In this document: one piece after another, positions 33,476 through 42,580 of the stretch
Layout: every line of letters starts with the position of its first letter
Numbering within the stretch: position 1 is the stretch's first letter
From: Carpediemonas membranifera BICM
Taxonomy: Eukaryota > Protista > Fornicata
Direction of reading: 5' to 3'
NCBI GenBank assembly: GCA_019828565.1
Contig: JAHDYR010000035.1
Location: 165,390 to 229,389 of the forward strand
Length of the DNA: 64,000 nucleotides
Translations under genes and position numbers: made by a program
Notes under the pieces: model-generated
Told to the model about the DNA's origin: nothing
What the model saw: only the letters and a program-made list of their open reading frames with translations
The model's database searches: none

Positions 33476-35641
33476 ATGAGGGCTCCAGCAACTGTAATAT
33501 TGATATCATGTCTAGTTTCTCTCGTTCTATGCTCATTTGACGACTATCTATATGATCCGACGCTCTATGCCGTCATGAGCCGCCACTCATACAACCTTCC
33601 TGAGAAATACACCCGAGTGTGGCAGCAGTACCTCGATAGTGTGAAAGTGTACAACAAAGCGAACGCTGTGTGCCTCTTTAAGCCCATTGCGGATGTTTCG
33701 GACCATGTGCTCACGCCCCTGTCCAACAACAAGTGCCACAGGTCCTGTAAGCACTTGTACGTCGACAAGCCACACTACCCCTATGAGCCTGCCTGGCAGA
33801 CGCTGTCAGGCCCCGTCCAGCTGACCCAGTACGACCCCGAGAACCACCCTGGCCACTATTGGGCTGAGGTGCGTTGTTACTGTCACTTGGGAGATGCCTT
33901 GCCGGCAACTGACAGGGAAGGTGCCAAGAAGCAGTGGACGAATGAAGGCATGTTTGACCACTGGCTATACCAGGATTTCAACCGCACCGAGTACGAGGCC
34001 ACCCAGGACCGACGTCCAGTACGTCAGACGGCGCCGACACTCGCCGGATTCAAGAACATAGTATATGTGATGTCTGATGCCGTGGCAGCCGACCGCGCGC
34101 TGTACTCCATGCCGAACCTCGCCGCCAAGGTCACTACCAACAATGAAAACCCCAATAGGAGTTGGTTTGGATTCATTTTCCGACACTATCACGTTACTGG
34201 GGGACCGAATAGCATCCCGAATCAGCTCCCGATGTATAGTGGTTTCATGCCGACCGAGGAGATTTATAAGAAGCTGAAGTGGTCTCATCAAGTCAAGAGA
34301 TACCTTGATCGTGATGCCGTCAAATCTGTTTCCTGGATCTGGGATGAGTATGTCAAGAGCGGCGTGGGTGTAGGCTTCACCTCCGACATCTGTATGAACG
34401 TCCTCGGACATGCATATGGCGTTGGAAGCGACCTGATGATCTTCAACTACACCGCCCCGGGCATCGCCTGTGATAACGCCTACTACGAGCCGATGTGGAA
34501 GCGGCAGGAGACCAACGGACACGAGATGACACTTCAGTGTCTCTCTGGGAAGCAGGTAGCAGAGTTCGAGTTCGACTATGTCCGAAAGGTCGTGGACTCG
34601 GCGCCTGATGACGAGAAGATCGCGTTCTTTGTTGATATCCAGTCCTCGCACTCGGATGTGAGGCCCGACCTCATGGGGGGCTTCGAGCCCGCCTACACTG
34701 GCCTGATCGACTGGGCGATGGATCGGAATGACACCCTCCTTGTGCTGATTTCAGATCACGGGATGCACTTCGGGAAGTTGTACGAGGACGCCAGCTTTGG
34801 AAAGATATCTCACGAACTACCCTGGTTCCAGTTATTCGTGCCCCAGTGGTGGCTGGGCAAGCACCCGGTTGCATCGACTGCCCTCATGACCAACCAACAC
34901 CGCATGATGTCGAGCTGGGACGTGCATGCGACCCTACGGCACCTCCTCCACTTCCCCGTGCCCTATTCGGATGTCGAGAAGATCTTCCCGCCCCAACCAT
35001 ATGGCCAAAGCATCCTAGAACCCGTACCAGCCAACCGGACGTGCGCTGACTTGGCCACGGGGAAACAACAGTGCTCGTTCAAGGACCACGGGGCCTCTGA
35101 GGTCACGGTGAGGCAGCTGTCCGGGGATGAGGCCTGGAGCACGTACGGGCCGGCCGCACAGGCGGTCATTGCATACGCCAACACGTTCGCGAATCAGAGT
35201 ACCCGTTGTGAAGAGATCGAGCTTGATCATCTCGTGGACGTTGTCGAGGTATCAAGCGAGGAAGGGGTCTCGGTCTCGATGAACGTCGCAGTCCAGAGGG
35301 ACTCGATGCTCTCTGCATCACTTGACTTCGACGAGTCGGGTTTCACTCTGACCGCAGTATCCCAGTCAACCAAATATAGTCGATTCGACTCCTGCGCCGC
35401 ATATGCGGGGGTTCGCCGTGACTTTTGTCTGTGTGACCCGTCGACGGATATTGAGTGGACCCCCCAGGAAATCGAACGAAAACCCCCAGTGGAATCAGAC
35501 GCTGCTGGCTCAAACGGCCATGTCGTGGCCATCGCTCTTGGTGCCTTGGCCCTTGTCAGCCTTGCCGTAGCGGCGCTCTTTGTATCGAAGAGGAGGAGGA
35601 ATGTTTCTGATGGCGGCATAATGCTGTCGAAGTCGACATAA
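33476..35641 (+). CDS. DUF229-family (alkaline phosphatase/sulfatase-like) type I membrane protein
   Basis: Signal peptide; NIVYVMSDAV, NSIPNQLPMYSG, TLLVLISDHGMHFG, ELPWFQLFVP, NQHRMMSSWDVHATL, GQSILEPVPANRTC; C-terminal TM helix. Confidence 0.85.
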   Translation: MRAPATVILISCLVSLVLCSFDDYLYDPTLYAVMSRHSYNLPEKYTRVWQQYLDSVKVYNKANAVCLFKPIADVSDHVLTPLSNNKCHRSCKHLYVDKPHYPYEPAWQTLSGPVQLTQYDPENHPGHYWAEVRCYCHLGDALPATDREGAKKQWTNEGMFDHWLYQDFNRTEYEATQDRRPVRQTAPTLAGFKNIVYVMSDAVAADRALYSMPNLAAKVTTNNENPNRSWFGFIFRHYHVTGGPNSIPNQLPMYSGFMPTEEIYKKLKWSHQVKRYLDRDAVKSVSWIWDEYVKSGVGVGFTSDICMNVLGHAYGVGSDLMIFNYTAPGIACDNAYYEPMWKRQETNGHEMTLQCLSGKQVAEFEFDYVRKVVDSAPDDEKIAFFVDIQSSHSDVRPDLMGGFEPAYTGLIDWAMDRNDTLLVLISDHGMHFGKLYEDASFGKISHELPWFQLFVPQWWLGKHPVASTALMTNQHRMMSSWDVHATLRHLLHFPVPYSDVEKIFPPQPYGQSILEPVPANRTCADLATGKQQCSFKDHGASEVTVRQLSGDEAWSTYGPAAQAVIAYANTFANQSTRCEEIELDHLVDVVEVSSEEGVSVSMNVAVQRDSMLSASLDFDESGFTLTAVSQSTKYSRFDSCAAYAGVRRDFCLCDPSTDIEWTPQEIERKPPVESDAAGSNGHVVAIALGALALVSLAVAALFVSKRRRNVSDGGIMLSKST

Positions 35642-35836
35642 AATGCGACACTAGTGTCCTTTCTGTTAACGGCAAAGCCCGCGTGTTGGCCATATGACGC
35701 CGCCCCATGATAGTGTCCGCCAAGCCCAGCTGTTAGAGTTGCTGTAAGCGGATCGCGATAAATTGATACATGCTCATATGTATGCCATAAATGGAGGCCC
35801 ACTATAACACCTCAGTGATTATCGGCTGTTTGGAGC

Positions 35837-37285
35837 ATGCCCAGCGCATATCAACCGCGAATTGCTGTACATAGGTGGTATTTGGTAGCGTGTATGGCCA
35901 TTGTCCTCCTCGGCACAGCTTACTGCTTCGACGAAGACGTCATTGATTCAAAGTACTCCTTCTCGGCCCCCTTCCGTTCAGTTAGCTCGCGTGCGATCCT
36001 TGGTATTCCCAATTGGGACTTTGGCGGCAACGCCGTCATTCAGGAGAACAACGTTATGCTCACCCCCGAGGCCATGTCGAGATCAGGGTTCATTTGGTGT
36101 CGGACGCCGGTTACCATGTCCTCTTGGGAGGTTACACTCCGCTTCAGGATCCACGGCCACCTCCCCGAGGGTGCCGATGGCATGGCTTTCTGGTACACCA
36201 AGGACCGTATGGTTCCTGGCCCGGTGTACGGCAGCAAGGATTACTTCATGGGCCTTGGCATCATGTTCGACACGTATGACAACAACAAGAAGAACGACAA
36301 CCCCTACATCCTCGCTATGGTCAACGATGGCACCCAGATGTTCGATCATAACAACGACGGAATGACCAATCAGATCGATGGTTGCAGGGCCAACTTCCGG
36401 AATACTCCCGGGCCTGTGGCTGCACGTATCAGATATACAGACAACCGTCTGACCGTCGACTACGACATTCTTGGCATCGGCGAGTTCCAGCCCTGTATTA
36501 GCGTCGACAATATAATGCTCCCGAAGAAGTATTATTTCGGCGTGTCTGGCATGACCGGAGGCCTCTATGACCAGCACGAGGTGGTGGCATTTGAGACAAT
36601 CGACCTGGATCCCACGGTTGTGGACGAGACGACCTTTGCCAAGTCCGAGGTCCACGAGCCACTCTTCATCACTGACGACGAGTGGCAGAAGAACGAGGAT
36701 TATCTGCACGAAGTCACGTCTAAGATCCGTCAGAACTTGATCTCTGGCAATGAAGTCCGGACCCATGACGAACACGAGGAGTTCACTGAGCCTCTCGCCA
36801 CGGGTGTCGCCGCCCACGAGCAGCTTTCGTCCCAGATCGCGGTGCTGCACGACGAGCTGCACGAGATGAGGTCTGAGCTGAGAGAGATCATATCGGTCGT
36901 TGCTGTTGCAGTCGATAGCGTGGACGATAAGATGCATAAGATGATGGATTCGATGGAGAAGCAGCGCACTGACATCGTTCTGGATGTCATTCGGTCCGAG
37001 TTGGATCGACTCAGCCGATCGATCGGGGGTCAGAACTCACAAGTGTCCCGGTCAGTCGACAGTCTCATGAGTGATGTCGACCAGCTGCGCCGAACCATGG
37101 ATAGCGCTCATAAGCACAGCGAGGCCAACTATCAGAATAGTATCGCTGCATCCGAGACCATCGAGCGGATCAGCACCAAGAGCACCACGAACGTGTTCGT
37201 CGTGTTCGTCGTGTTCCAGATTGTCCTGGTCGGCGGCGTTTGGGCGTGTCGGCAGTTGGCCATCGAGAGGAAGAAGATGTTGTAA
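35837..37285 (+). CDS. L-type lectin cargo receptor, ERGIC-53/LMAN1-like
   Basis: GADGMAFWY, GLGIMFDTYDN, YYFGVSGMTGGLYDQHEV; coiled-coil stalk, TM helix and C-terminal KKML (KKxx ER-retrieval signal). Confidence 0.9.
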   Translation: MPSAYQPRIAVHRWYLVACMAIVLLGTAYCFDEDVIDSKYSFSAPFRSVSSRAILGIPNWDFGGNAVIQENNVMLTPEAMSRSGFIWCRTPVTMSSWEVTLRFRIHGHLPEGADGMAFWYTKDRMVPGPVYGSKDYFMGLGIMFDTYDNNKKNDNPYILAMVNDGTQMFDHNNDGMTNQIDGCRANFRNTPGPVAARIRYTDNRLTVDYDILGIGEFQPCISVDNIMLPKKYYFGVSGMTGGLYDQHEVVAFETIDLDPTVVDETTFAKSEVHEPLFITDDEWQKNEDYLHEVTSKIRQNLISGNEVRTHDEHEEFTEPLATGVAAHEQLSSQIAVLHDELHEMRSELREIISVVAVAVDSVDDKMHKMMDSMEKQRTDIVLDVIRSELDRLSRSIGGQNSQVSRSVDSLMSDVDQLRRTMDSAHKHSEANYQNSIAASETIERISTKSTTNVFVVFVVFQIVLVGGVWACRQLAIERKKML

Positions 37286-37575
37286 AGTTCATGTCAATGA
37301 TCACACAAGCTGGATGAGGGGCACAATCACCTGCATACGCACATGATGTTGCAAAGCTGGCTGATGATGTAATGTGTGTCCCCAGACCATTGGTATTCCT
37401 GGCATGGAAAAATGTCCCGAGAGTGCAGGACGCCATGAAATTGTCCTTGTGCCGTGAGTTGGTGGGGACTTGTTGGCATGGGTTGTTGAGTGTCTCTCCG
37501 TAGAGCCCCAGTTGCAAGTAAGTGAGGTCTTGGTTACCATAGTGAGCATTGTTGATGTCGACTCTGGACCACAGT

Positions 37576-37918
37576 TGAGTGCCGCGCCGACATTGAGCAA
37601 CTTCTGTGTCCAAGCTTGGTCGGCCCGCCGCGGTGTTTTCCTTGTGGCTGTGGCTCCCAATGGTCGACCGGGTCGCCCATCTGTTAGATTTACTCAAACC
37701 CGACACTCGTCAACCATTGGCTCAGTCGCCCCGGCCGACAGCGGGACTGGGTCTCAGCGCGAGGATGGGCAGTTTATAAGTCAGTGGCGTTGGCGATCAG
37801 AGTCGACTGAGTCGGTGGAGTCATTGCGGAGTCGGGTCGACGCCAACGGGGATGATGGCATTGCATTTCGCATGATTGAAGAATTGCCTCGTCTTCTCGA
37901 AATGCGCCATCGTCACCA
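37576..37918 (+). repeat. 343-bp dispersed non-coding repeat, copy 2
   Basis: Matches the reverse complement of 16257-16599. Confidence 0.9.
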
Positions 37919-38327
37919 TCGCGGGACACGGGATGATTTACTCCATCACGACCACCCCATCTTCCACGCCTTGCACGCCGAGCCACTGGCCAGAGGCGTT
38001 GCGGAAGAAATACACACCGCCAATCGAGTCTCGAGACGATTGTAAGTGAACAGCAGTTGCCTCAAATGTGATCTCGAACCGAATGCGACCAGTACAGAAG
38101 GTGGTCACGCGTTGAGTCACCCAGACCGCTGTGTACCACTTGAAAAACATCCTTTACCCTGAGAACCGGTCGACCAGTCCGTCGGAGAGACCCCAGCCGG
38201 GATTGATGGAACGAATGGCACATTGTGCTGTTCATAAGCTACTACTACTGAGTGACGCTTCACAGGAGCATCGAACCGAAAACTGCACGGGAACAGAGCT
38301 CACAATCTCGGTTCAAGCGCATTTGGA

Positions 38328-39855
38328 ATGCAAACTTGGCAATTCACTGGGCACATCACCTTTCTTGGGTTCGGCTCTGTCGCTAGAACTGCCTTGCAGC
38401 TTGCTGGCCAGCTTCTTTCACCTGTACACGTGACGGTGCTTGATAAGATCGCCATAAGCCACGAGGACGCTCAGAAGGCCGCAGACCACGCCAATATGCA
38501 ACTGATTGAGTCAGCAGATGCGCCCGATGTGGGCAGGATGAACAGACCAACACTGTGCTTCGTCCAGCACACCCTGACGGAGGAGAACATGGCTCCCGTC
38601 CTTTCCCAGTACATCAGGGCTGGCCACGCCACATTTGACTTCATGTTCTGTGTGGACTCCCTGGATACTCTTCGAACTGTCCAGTCACTCGGCTCGGTCT
38701 ACGTTAGTCTTCATTGATTCACTCACACAGGTCAATTCCTCCATGGAGGAGTGGGAGCATAGACCATACCCCACCCAGGTCATGCTGTACGACGTTCTTC
38801 TCGACCACATGGCCGAGGTGGGTGCCCCCATGCCCACAGCGGCAGTCGACTGCGGTGCCAACCCTGGTCTCGTTACCCACTTCGTTATCGTGGCGTTGTT
38901 TGAGATGGCATCTAGATATGCCAAGTCCGAAGCATGCTCTCTCGAGACGCGTGATGAGGTCTCCAGATTGCTTCTGTGTGACGACCGCGAGATGGTCATC
39001 GGAAGGTTGAGTGAGATCCTTGATATCCGTCGGGTTCACATCACAGAGGAGGACACCATCACCCCCTGCGACAAGGACGCCATCCCCCCCACGGCATTCC
39101 CGAACACGTGGTCGGTAGAGTCTCTCCGCGACGAGTGGTTCGCGGCTGGGGAGGTCGCCGTAGGGCACCATGACCGCGAGTCATTCGAGGAGGAGGGAGA
39201 GAAGATCATCCGTGCTAACGGCACCAAGTTCTCGACCGTGCCATACCCCACTTTCGCGCTGAGCGAGGTTCCTCTTGATGGCAAAACGCACACGTTCGTA
39301 GGCCGTGTTGTGAGGCACCCAGAGACACTTGAGATTGCTGAGATTCTCCGCCGCAGAGATTCGACTGGAAAGCTGCGGACTGAGGCCGGATTGACTCAAG
39401 GCCCGACTGTCGCATTCGTTTACCGCCCCACAGAGCTGACCCGGACCGCCGCGCTTCGCCCCGATGCCGCAGAGATGCCGGCCTGCCTAATCAGCGAGAG
39501 AGAGCACGGAACGCTTGCCGGCCGGGAGGCGATGGGCGGGCTCGTCATGAGCGGCCTCGATGGGGTCAACCCCATGTTCTGCGGCTCGTTGATTTCGAGC
39601 GAGCAGACAAGGGAGCTAGGCTGTAAGATGAACGGGACCGTGATGCAAGTCGCCATCTCGGCTGTCTGCCACATGAAGCGTGCCATGCAGGCCCCGAACA
39701 AGGGGGTTGTCATGCCTCACACATTTGAGAGCCGGGATTTGCTGTCGGAGGCGGAGCCATACCTGGGTGACCTCGTGTTAACTGAGTTGGATCATCTGCC
39801 GCTTGACTGGAAGACCACCTGTTCTGCACTCGGAGATGGCTACCAACCGCTCTAG
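38328..39855 (+). CDS. hss: Bacterial-type homospermidine synthase, 2 exons (38328-38702, 38731-39855), 499 aa
   Basis: Rossmann motif FLGFGSV; GSVY|VNSSMEEW across the intron; TAAVDCGANPGLVTHF, VHITEEDT, FPNTWSVES, HPETLEI, PTVAFVYRP, NGTVMQV. Confidence 0.88.
38703..38730 (+). other. 28-nt spliceosomal intron GTTAGT...ACTCACACAG
   Basis: GT-AG ends; removal fuses the two HSS ORFs in frame. Confidence 0.9.
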
Positions 39856-40226
39856 TAAACAATCTGTGCCTATCCTGATGCTGTATTGAAACTTTATTGC
39901 AATCTTCCTCGACGCGCTGGGAATGCAGAATGTGGTATTGCGCAATGTGAGCGTTTACAGAACCTATACAATGGGCTGATGGCAACACGAGTGTTGAAAT
40001 CGCTCGTTTCTTCAACAAGAATGAGCACACTGGGAGGAGCGCCGGAAAGGTCCCAAACGGCAGGAATTGATGTTGTTATCGAATATAGGCCTCAGTTAAA
40101 ACCGAATCAGCACATTACTCTAAGTCTGGGGCGGCAATATCTCATCATAGACCTTCTTGCTCGATGAAGCAAACCTGCCAGGTGCGAAAATGGCCGAAAC
40201 TGCAAGAGGTCGCTCAAAGGACACGA

Positions 40227-40310
40227 ATGGCGTCCTTGTCGCAGGGGGTGATGGTGTCCTCCTCTGTGATGTGAACCCGACGGATATCAAGGATCTCACT
40301 CAACCTTCCG
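40227..40310 (-). repeat. 84-bp inverted copy of hss coding segment 39000-39083
   Basis: Exact reverse complement, located in the hss/SPFH intergenic region. Confidence 0.9.
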
Positions 40311-40429
40311 CAGGCGCCAAGGCAGATTGTGAAGAGAGGCCAACTGATATGAGCCGGAAGACAGCAAGCAGCTCATCAGTCGGAAACCACTGTTCATCTT
40401 GCTTCCTGTCTTTCTTTATCTCTTTACAA

Positions 40430-42256
40430 TTACTCCTGCATAAATGGAGGAAGCTTCTCGCTGACGACGACCTTGGTGGTGTTCTGGTAGGCCTGGTTCT
40501 TAATCTTCAACAACTGGTAGTCCATGCTGAACTGGCTCTTCTCAACCTCTTCAGCAAACCGCTTCTCGCCTATGCCCTTCTGGATCAGCTGGTCCTTCTC
40601 GGCCCGCGCCCGGGCGACGGTGGCCTCGGCCTGTGCCTCGGCCTTGATCGTCGTGGCGCGAGCCTTGGCCTCGGCGTCAATGACGAGAGACTCGGCCTTG
40701 GCCCGTGCGGCCTGGACCATCGCGGCAGCTTCACCGGCAGCGTCAAGGGCTGCGGCGTCGCGCTTACCGCTGGCGTTAAGGATAGAAACGTTGGCGTTCC
40801 TGTCGGCGTCCTTGAGCTGAATATGTCTGTCCGCCTCGAGGTTCTTCAGCCTGGCCTGAGTCTGTGCATAGAGGAGGGACTGGTTGCTGATCTGCTTGGC
40901 CAGCTCATCATCATCGATCTTGAGCTGCTCAACCCGGATGTTCTGCAGGACAATGCCCCAGCGCTTCTTGCACTCGGAGTAGAGTTGTGTGATGAAAGAG
41001 TCGTGGACAAAGTTGTAGAAGGATTCACCGCCCTCATGATCGGCACCAGGGGGGGCCATTGGCGCAGATGCGTCGTGCCCCTCATGTTCCTCATGGAATG
41101 AAGGTCGCGATGACTGGGCAATGTCGGCAAGAGTACTGGACCGAATGATTCCAGCAAGCGTGGCGTTAGCAGTCTCCTTGATGGTGTTCTCGATGTCGGT
41201 GATGGTGGAGAGGGCGAGATAAGGGTCCTTGATGATGTAGAAGACGTCAGCCTTGACGCGGAGTGGGACGTAATCGGCGGACTCGTGCACAGTTTCGGGA
41301 AGATGAAGAACTTGTTGCTGAGTCGAGAGATGATGATCAAAGCGGTCAGGGGGCGTGATAAGATGCAGCCCGGGTTGCAGGATTGTGAGCTTTCCCGACT
41401 TGTAGGCGACGCCAACCTGGCCGGTCTCAATCCTGACAAGTTCAAGGGCGCCGATCTTGTTGATTTGGGCATTGAGCTCAATCGTTTTGATGAACTGAAA
41501 CCGCGAGTCGTCAATGACGTGGAGGCCCGCTGCCAGGATCAGGGGCTTGCTGCTGTCGCACAGTCTAGCGTGGCCAAGCATACCACGCGGGATACGCACA
41601 ATGTTGATCGTGCCATGCTTGAAGCAGTCGGATGCGAGGCTCTTGGTCTCCGCCTCAAACTTCATGTTAGGGTCCTTGATCACATGTCTGCCCTCCCCGA
41701 GCAGCATTGGGCGGTTCTCCTTCCACACAAGGCCCACGTGGCCACGCGGCACCTGGTAGATGTGCAGCCCACGGAACTCGATGTGCTGTGTAGTTCTGGG
41801 TACAGTGGCTTCGAAGTCCTGGCGAGGTGACCAGAGGAAGTATGTTCCTTCTCCCTTGATCGAGGGGCGGCCGGAATGAGAGACTATGACAAACTCCTGC
41901 GGTTTCACCACTTTCAGGCGCTTGAACACCTTCGTGGGGAGGAGGAAGCTGAATGGGATCAGTGGGATCTCGCTCGGACTCATGCTTGAGTCCTGTGTCA
42001 GCGCGATGACGTCGGCATCTCGGTTAGCATTCGCTGGAATGATGATGTTCATCAGCGCACTTTCGTTGTCGGGATGTCTGAGCATTCCCAGGAAAATGGA
42101 CTGCAATTCAGCATGAATTGGTTCGAACTGAGCCGCTGGTTGGGAATCGTCCATTTCAACGCGGACGTCGTTTGGGTTGATGCTGTTCTGTGCTTGTTTT
42201 GTCATACCTGTGTCGCTATCAACGGACTGATAGGCAGTTGTTGTCTTTTTTGGCAT
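40430..42256 (-). CDS. SPFH/band-7 domain protein with N-terminal beta-repeats, paralog 1
   Basis: Repeated VPRGHVGL...LLGEGRH units, IKETANATLAGIIRS, WGIVLQNIRVEQL, Ala/Glu-rich coiled coil. Start chosen at MPKKT; the ORF extends to 42400. Confidence 0.85.
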   Translation of the reverse strand: MPKKTTTAYQSVDSDTGMTKQAQNSINPNDVRVEMDDSQPAAQFEPIHAELQSIFLGMLRHPDNESALMNIIIPANANRDADVIALTQDSSMSPSEIPLIPFSFLLPTKVFKRLKVVKPQEFVIVSHSGRPSIKGEGTYFLWSPRQDFEATVPRTTQHIEFRGLHIYQVPRGHVGLVWKENRPMLLGEGRHVIKDPNMKFEAETKSLASDCFKHGTINIVRIPRGMLGHARLCDSSKPLILAAGLHVIDDSRFQFIKTIELNAQINKIGALELVRIETGQVGVAYKSGKLTILQPGLHLITPPDRFDHHLSTQQQVLHLPETVHESADYVPLRVKADVFYIIKDPYLALSTITDIENTIKETANATLAGIIRSSTLADIAQSSRPSFHEEHEGHDASAPMAPPGADHEGGESFYNFVHDSFITQLYSECKKRWGIVLQNIRVEQLKIDDDELAKQISNQSLLYAQTQARLKNLEADRHIQLKDADRNANVSILNASGKRDAAALDAAGEAAAMVQAARAKAESLVIDAEAKARATTIKAEAQAEATVARARAEKDQLIQKGIGEKRFAEEVEKSQFSMDYQLLKIKNQAYQNTTKVVVSEKLPPFMQE

Positions 42257-42580
42257 TGTATTGTTCGAAGGTTTGGGATTTCGCGCCGGATCCAGAGAGT
42301 CGATCTGGAGCTTAATCTGAGGGCCCGGGCATATACGAGTAAAGCCCGGAAGGCCAGGCGCCATAATTAACGGGTCAACAACCTCCAGTAAGGGTCTCAT
42401 CCTCTGTATGTCCAGAAAACGACGCAGCCAATCATTTTCTTTGGCAAGTGGCCGAGAGCATCGCTTCGGGTTGAGCCACTGGAGCGACGTCGGAAGTCAT
42501 TGGTTCTTGCAGTCTTTAGTTTGGCACCCTTGGACGTGGCTCAAAATCTCCCTTTCTGGACAACAGAACAAAACACAGAT

